A stretch of 64,000 bases of DNA, taken from Octopus vulgaris. Lineage: Eukaryota. The notes under the pieces were generated by a model, which was not told the DNA's origin, made no database searches, and was given only the letters and a program-made list of their open reading frames with translations. The translations under genes and the position numbers were made by a program. Positions 13,831 through 28,403 of the stretch are shown here, one piece after another. How positions within the stretch are numbered: the stretch's first letter is position 1; every line of letters starts with the position of its first letter. The stretch spans positions 121,458,001 to 121,522,000 of the forward strand of contig OX597817.1 in NCBI GenBank assembly GCA_951406725.2. The letters are read 5' to 3'.

Positions 13831-14499
13831 ATAACAACAAAATAAAAAAGAGATATTTCGAGATTGAAATGTATACTAGAATAGCAGTAGAGTGGATATA
13901 AGTATAAGCAACAGAAATTTACTTTCTCTTTCAATGTCACACTCCTTTTTTCTCTAAAACACATTCTCACTCTTGTATTTCTTAAATATCTATGTACATA
14001 AAAAAAAAGTTTGTTTCTTCTCTCGAATGTCAAACGGTTGAACTTGTAAATTTATAAACTACTTCAGGAAGGCCAATTCATTACCAAAGAATTAGCGATA
14101 TTAGTTATTTTATATCGTGTCCAGTCTTTAATTAGAGAATTGACTACCAAAATTGCTATTAGTATATAATACACAATGTGTTATATGTAAAAAAAAACAT
14201 TTTTTGTGGTATACACATTAAAAAAGTGTATATACCACAGAAAAAGAAAAAGTTTTCTTCCTTGGATTGCATGGCTCGCAACGTCCTCTAAACGAATGTA
14301 AATTTCAGAAGGACCATTTAATTACAATTAAAAAACAAAATCTTGAAGTTGAAAAAATATTGTTTTATCCTTTTCAAAAATGCACGTTTTTATAAATTCT
14401 CATGCATCTTTCTCTCAGCAATAAACTACATCCCTTTTATATGTGTGCATTAAAATCTAAACTATACTATCATTTCCTTGACCGCCCCACTATCATTAC

Positions 14500-15870
14500 G
14501 TAAATTATATTTCTGTCAAAATCATAACTTAAAACCAAAACTATATGAGACGCTCAAATTAGTTTGCTGTCATTTCAACTCCTTAATTGAACATATGAAA
14601 AGGAAGCCAAGTTGTTGCTTAATCAGTGAACTGCTTTATCATATATAATGAATAGAATTTCTAAACTGAATGGAAGCATATTATTTTGGGACGCAACTGG
14701 TGGTGCTGCAAACACATGTCTCATAAATCTATTACTGAAGCAAATTTGCCAGCCAAATAAAATTTCTCAGCGGTAGTTTGTTCTGGCATAGCCATTACAT
14801 TGTTGCATGAAAATCGTATATTTCATTCTACATTCATACTTTGGATTTAGTCATTTATAATGAAACTCTTTGTAAAATTACAAAACAATTTAGCATGGGA
14901 AAAGTTATTTAAAGATATAAAATGATAGCCTGAAGTGTACGTGCAATAAAAAATGCTTTAGAATTACTGAGCAGAACTCCACAAGAAGTAATCAACTAGA
15001 TTTTGATAGGACGTGTAACTGTTATGATATCGGTAACTTTTCACCAGATTATGCCAGTTATAACTAAGCGAACAAGGGCTGATGATATACCAGTATGCCT
15101 TAAATCATCTTTTTGGAGCGCAATGTAGAAACTTTGAAGCTTACACATGGTCAAAAATTTATGCTGATTGTAATTCAGATTTATTTGCTCCATTCTACAG
15201 CTTAGTGAGGAAGACGTTCCTACAAACTCTAAAACTTATTGTATCTATAATCAGCGTAGTGCACCTAAAAGTTAATGAATTAATAAGAGTAAGTATTTAA
15301 TAATTTTGCTTATTGCCACAAAGACTTAAATTTCTTGTGTTTAAGAAAGCAATATTAGCACCAAAAAGTGATAAATTTATCAACGAAAATCTTGAGAGAT
15401 TTTGCGGGAGATGATTAAATTTATTAATTAATTGATAAGCTTATCGATAAGAGTGAAGATGTTGACTATCTAATGGAATTTCTAAATTCTTTGGAACCTC
15501 CAAGATTGATTGGTTAGCAAGTACAATTTAAAATTAGAGCTACTACAGTAGTAGTACCAGACTGCAATGGTACCAGACTGGTAATATAATCATTAAAACT
15601 TCGGGTCACTGAAACACAAACTCAAAGTGGTCATAGTAAAGGTGAAGATACATCTATATCCAGAACACTACATACAATTTCCGGTAAGATTATGCCTTAT
15701 CACATCAATCAACAAATCACAGGGGCAAGCATTGAAATTTACTAGCATAGAATTGCATGAAGATGGCTTCTCTCATGCTCATCTCTGTGTACGATGCATT
15801 AGAGTAGGAACAGCTAACAATCTTTATCTATACTCTCCTTTGGAAAAAATGCCATGTTGAATAAAAACGG
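14500..15870 (+). mobile_element. Helitron remnant, PIF1-family helicase domain
   Basis: ILFWDATGGAANTCLINLLL (decayed Walker A), AVVCSGIAITLL..R.FHSTF and QFPVRLCLITSINKSQGQAL...FSHAHL.V...RVG match PIF1 helicase motifs I, Ia, V and VI. Confidence 0.87.
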
Positions 15871-16339
15871 CATTTGTAATTTCAAATTTGATATTAATCT
15901 AATTGATGAAATGTTTGTCAAATTCTTTCTCTCCAGTTTTGGTCTACGAATTGAAAAATTTGAAAAAAAAGTGTTTTTCTTCATATCAGTTTATTCGACT
16001 AATCTTTCACCCCTTCGAAACTCTCTCTCTCTCTCTCTCACTCTCTCTCTCGCTCCATATCTATCTTTCTGCCTGTCACCATCATCATCATTTATACAGG
16101 CGGAAAGGCAGTGCCAATGACCCTTAGAGCTCCTCTTGGACTGGTGGCCAGGAAGTAAATATGTATGTTCAAAGTGAAAACAGAGCGCAAATGCTTGAAC
16201 CAGAGTGAACTCTTCTAAAGGCACCCGAAGTTCCACGTGGTAGCATTAAAACAGGTATTAAATAATTGATGGAAAATAAAATCATAATTGGAAGACCCCC
16301 CCCACCAATCTTCTGCTTTGGCTTCGTACTTTTTTTTTG

Positions 16340-16410
16340 TCCCCGAAAAGATGAAAGGCAAAGTTGCCCCCAGTTGGATTTAAACTCAAAGCAAAGAGAG
16401 TCCGAACAAG
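16340..16410 (-). mobile_element. SINE family A fragment
   Basis: ccgaaaagatgaaaggcaaagttg..tttaaactcaaagc matches the family A central block. Confidence 0.65.
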
Positions 16411-16484
16411 TATACATATATGATATGATATTATATATATGACTTTGTTGTGCAGTACTTCTTCCCTGTTCGTCGATTTTTGCG

Positions 16485-16780
16485 ATGGCTGAAACGAAGG
16501 AAAGCGTGCTTCCGTGAAATTCTTTTTTACTGGAGAAAACGGCGACTGAAACAGTTGTCGTGTTTCGAATAGCTTACAAGGACGCTGCCATGAGCAAAAT
16601 AAGTTTACGAGTGGTTTCCAGGCTTTAGGAATGATCACTTGTCGCTTGATGATCAACCGCGTTCAGGGCATCGATCTCCCGAACAAATGACAGCACTACG
16701 AAAATTCATGAACTGATAGTGGCGGACCGTCACTGAACAATTGACGAATTTGTTGATATGACTTGAGTGTCCCGGAGCCA
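16485..16780 (+). mobile_element. Mariner transposase N-terminal (HTH) fragment
   Basis: MAETKE.RASVKF..LEKTATET....AYKDAAMSK..VYEWF..FRN...SLDDQPRSG..KIHELIVADR..TIDE. Confidence 0.82.
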
Positions 16781-16785
16781 CCTTC

Positions 16786-16834
<49 letters not shown>

Positions 16835-16883
16835 TGGGGATGATGATGATGATAATGATGATGATAATAATAATAATAATAAT

Positions 16884-17097
16884 CGTTCTACTGTAAGCGC
16901 AAGACCTGAAATTTTGGGGGAGGAGGTAAGTCGATCACATTGACCCCGGTGTTCGACTGGCACTTATTTTATTGCCTCCGAATGGATGAAAGGCAAAGTC
17001 AGACCCAGCGGAATTTGAACTCAGATTGTAATGATGGACGAAATAGCAACGAGCATTTCGCACGGGCGTGTAAGCGATTCTGCCAGCTCACTGCCTT

Positions 17098-17098
<1 letters not shown>
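16884..17098 (-). mobile_element. tRNA-derived SINE family A, full length
   Basis: Minus-strand head aaggcagtgagctggcagaatcg (A box), gagttcaaattcc (B box) and central ctttgcctttcatcc block. Confidence 0.88.
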
Positions 17099-17180
<82 letters not shown>

Positions 17181-17189
17181 CAACAACGT

Positions 17190-17400
17190 TTTCTACGAAA
17201 GGCACGAAGCCTGAAATTTCGGGAAGGGCATAGTCGATTACATCGAGCCCCAGTACTTAACTGGTACTTAATTTAGCGAACTCGAAACGATGAAAGCAAA
17301 GACGCCTCGACGGAATTTGAACTCAGAACGTAGCGGCAGACGAAATATCGTTAAGCATTTTGCCTGGCGAGTTAACGATTCTGCCAACTGGCCGCTTTTC
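17190..17400 (-). mobile_element. tRNA-derived SINE family A, full length
   Basis: Same head, B box and central block as the neighbouring copy. Confidence 0.88.
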
Positions 17401-17437
<37 letters not shown>

Positions 17438-17451
17438 TGATGATGATGATG

Positions 17452-17509
<58 letters not shown>

Positions 17510-17571
17510 TGATAATAATAATAATGATGATAATAATAATAATAATGATGATAATAATAATGATAATAATG

Positions 17572-19990
<2,419 letters not shown>

Positions 19991-20150
19991 ACAACAATAA
20001 TAAAAACGATTCCGGCACTTATTTCATCAACCGAAAGTATGAATAAATCAGTTAAGTGACCATCGTAAACGCAATTGGTTTGTCGCTCTCGCATAAACGA
20101 GTTTTGTATAGGGAATACAGAGGAATCGATAACTGACCAATAAAATTTAT

Positions 20151-20905
20151 GGATCTTTTCCTTTTGAACGGCACTTTTCAACACAATTTCTAGTTAACTA
20201 AACACTTTTAAACTTCGTATACTGGTAGAATGTGTTTATAAAACATCATTTTTTTCTTGGCTTTATTGAGAAAATTCTATAGGTTGTAAGATATTTCGTC
20301 TGAAATTTCGAGCATTTCGGCAATACCCTTTCCCCACCCCTAGCCCTAACCCCCTAACCCTAACCCTAACTCTAACCCTAACCCTAACTAACCCTAACTC
20401 TCACCCTAAATCTAAAATAGATTGAAATGCAATAGATCGATACTAGGGCCATAATTATGGGTGACAATTTCATACGACACCGCTACGGAAAATGGGATTT
20501 TTTCTAGCGGTGTCAAATGAAAATGTCATCCATAATTATGGCCCTAGTATCGATCTTTTGCATTTCAATCTATTTTAGATTTAAGGTTAGGGTTAGTTAG
20601 GGTTAGGGGTTGGGGAAGGGTATCTTTTTTTCTTCACAAATGTAAATAAACCCAATCTGTTTCTTAAAGGAGGGACATATTCATACAGCACGGAATGTTG
20701 TTTACCTAAATGGATTGCAGCGATTGGTTAAAATTGCCGAAATGCTCGAAATTTCAGACGAAATATCTTACAACCTATAGAATTTTCTCAATAAAGCCAA
20801 GAGAAAATGATGTTTTATAAACACATTCTACCAGTATACGAAGTTTAAAAGTGTTTAGTTAACTAGAAATTATGTTACAAAGTGCCGTTCAAAAGGAAAA
20901 GATCC
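20151..20905. mobile_element. Non-autonomous foldback DNA transposon (MITE-like) with 8-bp TSD and internal telomeric repeats
   Basis: Termini GGATC...GATCC. TSD aaatttat at 20143-20150 and 20906-20913. Arm 20151-20324 is the near-perfect reverse complement of 20733-20905, and there is an inner palindrome at 20323-20623. Confidence 0.92.
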
Positions 20906-21689
20906 AAATTTATTAATCCGTGCATAAAATATAGTTCGTCTCAAATCGAGATTAGATAGAAAATTCCAGTAAGATGGCAGGTGCTATGCAACTCCATTTT
21001 GAAAGCAACAAATGATGCTTCTAATAGGATTATCAAATCTGTAAATAGAAAGAATGTAAAAGGTAGGCGTGTACTACAACTGTTTCAAAAGCATATCGGG
21101 TATACTTTACGCAACATTATGAATGTCTTATAGCTTCCCGGTGCACGTTTTAATTTGGTACATACGGCTGTTGAGTTTAAATAGTTCACTGCAATGGTGA
21201 ATACACGCGCGCGCACACACACTAACACTTACTTGATGTGTCTTTTGTCATGTTCCATAGCTTATGTGATCAAAATTGCGTAGAATGTATTTCAGAATTA
21301 ATGTTTGGAATTATATTACTCGTGAAACAGAGAACAATTCTGCAACTAGAAAGGGACTGAACCGGAGTTTTATTTTCTTTTTCGGATATAGTTTACTGTG
21401 GGGTAGATTATATGCGATAATGTAACACTATTCATAGTGTTTTTTTTTAAAGAACGTTTTACGATATTCACAGTTTTTCACAGCTTTTGAAAATAAAAGA
21501 GCAATTTTAAGGTCCAGGAGAAAGCTTTTGAAACATAGAAAAGAATTCAATAAAAAACAACATATCCTGTTATTTGTTGAAAAAGAAAATGTTTATAATC
21601 ATAGATCAAGTATCTATAAATTTTAAGTAATGTCTATTGTTATGATCGGTATCATCGTTATAGAATAGTGGTGTCTATATGAAATGCAA

Positions 21690-21810
21690 TATTCCATTTC
21701 GTTCCTTCACGTTCTGAGGTCAAAGCTCACTCGGTATCAGCTTACTTTTAATCCTTTCGGCAGCAATAAAATATATATTAGCAACATAAATGATAACAGA
21801 GTCGATTCAA
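21690..21810 (+). mobile_element. Degenerate SINE family A fragment
   Basis: cacgttctgaggtcaaa...cttacttttaatcctttcgg..aataaaat resembles the B box and central block. Confidence 0.5.
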
Positions 21811-22119
21811 TTTGTATATAACCATCAAATTCTTCTCATTGTCATACATGTATCCTATCACTTTTGTAGTTTCTTCAGCTGTTAATATTGATGTTAAGGA
21901 AATGGATGCCGTTAGGGTTTTATTACCAATTTTTATGGCTGGTTTTGTTGTTGTACATGATGTTACCTTTAAGATCTTACTCTAAGATATGCTTTGGTCA
22001 TCATGTTTAAAGAAAGAAACCAATTTAACTAGATTTCTTCGCAACACATGCTAATTAAAGCCGTCATATATTACGTGCATATAACATTCGACATTTAAAA
22101 CGTATTTGCTGTCTCCAAC

Positions 22120-22336
22120 CAAACGCACACATGCACAAACACATACTAATACACACACACGCACAAACACCAATGCTTATGTAGTTATACATGCATATGT
22201 GCATATATATATGAATGTATATGTATACATGCATATACATATATATATATATATGTGTGTGTGTGTATACATATATATACACATATATACATGTATACAC
22301 ACACACATATATATATATACATTTATATATATATGC

Positions 22337-22370
<34 letters not shown>

Positions 22371-22489
22371 GTATATATACGTATATATATATACATATAT
22401 ATATATGTATACATATATATATTTATATATATACGTATACATATATATTTATATATATATACGTATATATATATATTTATATATATACG

Positions 22490-22521
<32 letters not shown>

Positions 22522-22760
22522 CGTATACATATATATATATACATATACATACATATATACTTATACATACATAGATATGTATGCATACGTATACATGCAT
22601 GTATATATACGTATACATACATATACATTCATATAGACACGTACACACACACACATATATATATATTTATATACGTATAGATACACATTTGTATACATAC
22701 ATATATAGTGATATACGTATACAAGCATACATATACATATTTACATATCCATGCATATAA
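22120..22760. repeat. Long complex (TA)/(CA)/(TACG) low-complexity tract
   Basis: Read directly from the sequence; source of the Y/I/H-rich ORFs. Confidence 0.96.
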
Positions 22761-23173
22761 CATCACTGCTAACTGCGTCACGCCAAGCTAGCGGAATAAA
22801 GCTCATAAAAATAATATCGTTAAGTTTTCCTGCAGTAATATATTACGTAGCGTAAATTCTGGTTGTTATCTGCCTTCCATGTAGCAACTGGCGTGCTTCA
22901 AAAGGTTAATAAACTTTAGGATTTTCTTATCAGTGTATTGGGATTTCTACCAGATTTATCAAAATGTGTTGCAACATTTATGTCATTTATATGTGAAACT
23001 ATACAATAATATATGCAATTGTACACGTGTTGCTTGCTTTTTATTTTAACATTTGCGGATGAGATGAAAATATCAAACAAAATGTAAATAGACACCACCG
23101 CATTAGAGATAAAAGAAACTACTGCTTATGCGTAAGCTTAATTTCAGAAATACCTCACACATGTAGGTATACA

Positions 23174-23216
<43 letters not shown>

Positions 23217-25570
23217 ATGGGCGCTGTGTCTGGTTGCCAGCATTTATGTTTATATGCCAGTAAACCTTGTTGTTCCAATCCATGCATTTTAGACTTAGTA
23301 TCTCGTCAATAGCATTGAAATATTTTCCATATTTATATCACAATAAAACATAACCATATCATAATAGATTTCAGCTGCTTCCTTTGGAGTTCACGTATTT
23401 CATTCAGAATGAAACTTTGTGGTAAAATTTAGAAAGCGTAAAACCAAAAGCCTGGCTTTGATGGCTGTAGGAGTTGTAGTAATAGTAATTATTGTACTTG
23501 TGGTAATAGTAGTAGTAACAATGACTGTAGTAGTGGGAGTTTGTTTTTTAATGGAAGTGGTCTTGGTCTGGTTGAATTGAGGGTATCTATTAAACGCAGG
23601 TAGTGCCCTCTGTATGAGTATGTGGACTTAGCAATGATGGATTTGGTTAGATCTCTGGTAGTGATTTGGGGAAAGAATGCAGTGGAGTAATTTTCTACTG
23701 CCACAGCCTCAGGGGTTGAAACTAAGTCTTCAAGTTTGGAAAGAGTACTGCCACTACTAGAAAAGCTAAATTATATTTCTGTATTATATTTACTAAAGAT
23801 AAAGGAGGCCAACCATAAGAAGTTACCTTATTTGCCCGAGGTTGTATTCAGTGTTAAGATTTGAAACGTATATCTATAAGATGGTTTTCCAACATAGTTT
23901 TGATTTGTCTATCGATGATATCGTAAATTGTCATAGTAACTATCACGGTTACTCCTTATTGGGTACAATACCTTAAGGATTAAAACTTAAACATATCCAT
24001 TTAAAAATACAACAGGAACTGATATATAGGCCAGAAAGTGTTGAGATGTTCACCCATTTCTCCCAATCACTCTCTCAATCACTTTCTTTACCACGTTGGG
24101 TAAGAGTATATTTCAAGGCTCACATTTCTTGGAGCGATATTTTAGGTACCTCCTTAGTTGCAATAATGCCTATGTGCCTTTTACTGAACAATGTATTTGT
24201 AATACAGCTAGGACTTGCCTTTGAATGATATCTCCCTCATGTAACTTTGCTATATTAGCAGACATATTACATTATATATAATCTATGATACATAGATCAT
24301 ACACATATGAATCTAGAATTTTGGAAAATACAAACTATGCCATTCTTTATCTTTCCAGTTCCATCAATTGGTTATTCTTTCGTATGTATACACACATTCA
24401 CATACCGTGTGAATGGAAATGTACTCTACCTAACTAAAACATGTCATTAATTTGATATGTGCATTGGATAGTAGTTCCTTGCTTATAAGAAAATAACATA
24501 TCTATTTTGTAACTTTATGAACTGGCTTGTATTTTAATATATAAAACAAAGTTTATTCCTCAAGAGTCTTGGCTGATTCCTTTCTTGTATGAACACTTGC
24601 AATTTCAATATTCATGAAATGGCGATTAGAGTATTAAAAAGTTCAAATAGTAGACACAGAATGTACTTTAGCTGTATTGCCAAAATAGATTTTTTTTTTC
24701 TGAATTTCAAAGAGTAAATTATACAAAAATAATATAAAATTAGCGAAACAAATGTCTTGAATCACAATTCCTTCATGTTTACATATTACGTGGATGAATG
24801 ATTTATATAGTTAAACTTGTGTAGTTCTTTTGTACCAAAATTACTTGGTATCCTAGAGCATTATAACTTCAGGTTGGCCAATATATTGCGAGCGGTAGTT
24901 GGCAGTAGGAAAACCGTAGATGCCATCGTGTATGTATGTATGTATTTATGTATGTATGTATGCATGTATGTATGTATGCATGTATGTATATATCTGTCTG
25001 TCTAACTGTCTATCCGTCTAATAATCGAGAGTACAATAAGCAATCTAAAGGTCGAGTGTTCGGTCCTTATCCGGGGGATGTTTCATCTTAATGGCAGTGC
25101 TTCAGCATGGCCACGATCTCTGATTGAAACCGGTAAGAGAATAACATACTAAAAGAGAGAATTTCAAGGTAAAAATGAGCGAATATCTTCGGTAAGCATT
25201 TTTGAAATCTTATTGTGAATTGTAGATTCTGCGGTAAAGCTACGTTTTTCTCTGCATAATTAGTAAAAATGAAATTGAATCACTTAGTTTCAATCATCAT
25301 TACCGCTTCATTCAAATTCGGTAACTAATTTCCTTGATGATAATAAGAACAGTTTCATGCTGATATTACAAATTTGGATAGAACTCAATTCATCTGTCCT
25401 AATTTACACAAGATTCCTTGAAATATATAGCGCCATATATCACGGTTGTCAGTTATTACATGCGCATGGCTGTGTGGTTGAATAGTATAGCTATGGACAA
25501 GTATTTGTGACGGACTGTTGTTCACATTACTTCATATAAAGAACAGGGTATTTTTTATTTGTGTAAAGTA

Positions 25571-25980
25571 GGCGTAGGAGTGGCTTTGAGGTAAGTAACT
25601 TGTTTACCGACCACATGGTTCCGGGTTCAGTCCCACTGCGTGGCACCTTGGGCAAGTGTCTTCTACTATAGCCTCGGGCCGACTAAAGCCTTGTGAGTGG
25701 ATTTGGTTGATGGAAACTGAACGAAGCCCGTCGTATATATGTATATATATATGTCTGTGTGTGTATATATGTTTGTGCGTCTGTATCTGTCCTCCCAACA
25801 TCGCTTCACAACCGATGCTGGTGTGTTTACGTCCCCGTAATTTAGCGGTTCGGGAAAAGACCGATAGAATAAGTAGTAGGCTTACAAAGAATAAGTCCTG
25901 GGGTCGATTTGCTCGACTAAAGGCGGTACTACACCATGGCCTCAGTCAAATGACTGAAACAAGTAAAAATGTAAAAGAGT
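25571..25980 (+). mobile_element. tRNA-derived SINE family B (CORE-like), full length
   Basis: A-box-like tggctttgagg and B box ggttcagtccc. ggcaccttgggcaagtg..gcctc resembles the CORE domain. Internal TA/TG tract and gtaaaagag tail. Close copies at 44178 and 52638. Confidence 0.9.
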
Positions 25981-26092
25981 ATTTGAATGGCCAGATTTTT
26001 TCTGCTTGAGCATTTCAATACAAGAGTAATATCTCAAGCATTTTTATTCTCTTGAACAGAATCAGGAGATATTTTGAGGTGTGCAGATATTG

Positions 26093-26285
26093 GTTTCAAA
26101 TTTTGGAGGAGAGAGTAAATCGATTACATCGACCCTAGTGTTCAACTGGTACAAATGTTATCAATTCCGAAAGGATGAAAGGTAAAGTCGATCCCAGAAG
26201 CATTTGAACACAGAGTGTAAAAACAGACAAAATGCCGCTAAGCATTTCGCCCGGCTTGCTAACAATTCTGTCAGTATGTCGCCCT
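26093..26285 (-). mobile_element. SINE family A
   Basis: ggtttcaaattttgg...cgattacatcgaccc...gaaaggatgaaagg...gctaacaattctg. Confidence 0.85.
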
Positions 26286-26795
26286 AATTAAAATATTAAT
26301 ACGATATCAGGGTTGCAATGAATTATTATCAATGATTCATGGATTAGTGAATAATCATGCCTAAGTTTAATCTCCTAGGACGTAACTCATTTTGAATCAA
26401 CGTCAGAATGTGTTCAACTAATGGTAAGAGTTGATGTAAATTTTACTTGCAGATTTGTAAATTTCACTTGCAGGCTTTGCAGATTTAGGAAGGGAAATTG
26501 TTTTCTCGAAATTTTGCAATCTGAGGTCATTTGTCTTTGTAGATAGAATCATATTTGACTTCCTCCAAACACACGGAGAAAGTTTAGTGTTTCTTAACGC
26601 GAATGCGGATATGAAGGAGTGGTTCATGAATTTGTTTTTTCTTTTTTATATGTTTATTGCGATAATATCAACAACTCTGCCGGGTCTAGAGAATGCATCT
26701 AGGAACTATTCCATTGTATTAACCTTCATGTGATCCTGAGATTGACTGCCATCGGAAATTTAATATTGTTCTTGCATTATGTAATATAGATATAC

Positions 26796-26796
<1 letters not shown>

Positions 26797-26877
<81 letters not shown>

Positions 26878-26892
26878 ATGTATGTGTGTATG

Positions 26893-26930
<38 letters not shown>

Positions 26931-26956
26931 CATCTAGATATACATTCATATATACA

Positions 26957-26996
<40 letters not shown>

Positions 26997-27175
26997 TATA
27001 CACACGTATACATATATATATTGACATATACATGTATATACATATACATACACATACACAAATATTTCTATATCTAATGGTTTTTCATGTATATAGACAT
27101 CTTAATGTCCCTCTTTCTCTCTCTATATCTATCTCTATACATACATATGTGTATATATATGCATATATATATATT

Positions 27176-27223
<48 letters not shown>

Positions 27224-27250
27224 GAATGAGTGAGATAGAGAGAGAGAGAT
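26797..27250. repeat. (TCTA)n, (TA)n and (GA)n compound microsatellite
   Basis: Read directly from the sequence. Confidence 0.95.
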
Positions 27251-28366
27251 AGACAAGAACTTTGAAAAGGGGAAATATGTAGAAAGTGAAAAATCAACAG
27301 CATTAATACCGTGTGAAGTTAACATACATCAAAGTCACTATAGAGAATAATTAACATATAATCAGCTTTTGTGAAGTTGTCGATTATTTTCCTCAATAAT
27401 AATGAGCAAGCTAAATCTCCTTCAACATTATACAGCAGAGTGCTGACAAGGAGGATTTGTTGAGTACTAAATTCCACCTCATTCATCAATTTCTATATTA
27501 ATTTTGGACCTTTTGGACTTGCCTAACCTTTAAAGTGTCTTTCTCATGCCTAAGACCGCTGAGCACGACATGCATAAATAATGTGCTATTAGTAATATAA
27601 TCGCAAGAACCAGTTTGCTACAATAAAAAAATTACTGAACTATTTCACTCTGATTTTCCTCTTACTTCGGTCGATTAAAGACGAAGGAAATAATCCCGAG
27701 AAGCAATTTCTAGCCAGATATAGAAATATCGTGCCAACATACGTAATAAGTTAACGAACATATCTAGTGAATGAAGTAAAATAATTGATTAGCATTGAAG
27801 TAAATAATTTACAAAACGGCATTATCGCCTGTAAGAGGATTTTATACCTAAAAATAGTAAGGAATCAGTTGTAAGAAGTCTTACTTTATTCCTTGTCGGT
27901 GTAATTTGCAATTTTCAGCTGTGCAACTTCTGCAACTTCTTAATAACGAAAGTGTTCAGAAAAAAGTATTCTTAACAACGAACTAATTTCACAACGAAAT
28001 GAACAATAAAACAGATATTACTATTGATCTGGAACGTATGCTAGAGTTTCTTGAGAAAGTTATCTTTTTTTCTAAAAGAAGTTATTAACTGGTGAAATTT
28101 ATTTCATTTCGAATATTCTTTGGAATTTTTCGTTTTAATTAGAATCTCACGAATCTTTCATTGAAACCTGTATGCAAACAAACTATATCTGAAAAGATAT
28201 ATATGACCTAAAGGAGAACAGCACCAAACTGGAGCTTCTTTCTTTCACTTCATCATCTCTGAATCGACATATTGCATTTTCTATCAGAGATTGTTGCAAT
28301 CTGAATATCCTATTTACAAGTGTCACCTTCCAGCGATTGATGATGCAATTTCCATACTGTTGTATA

Positions 28367-28403
<37 letters not shown>

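Noticed and set aside
20337-20612. Ancestral telomere-telomere fusion site or true chromosome end
   Set aside because: The orientation is CCCTAA...TTAGGG (opposite to a fusion), the tracts are short, and they sit inside a TSD-flanked element.
22064-22680. Long Tyr/Ile/His-rich ORFs (also at 5.3, 26.9, 52.3 and 59.5 kb)
   Set aside because: Translations of (TA)n/(CA)n tracts that lack stop codons.
23460-23780. 71-aa minus-strand ORF next to a (GTA)-rich tract
   Set aside because: No recognisable domain or splice signals; possibly a retroelement fragment but unsupported.
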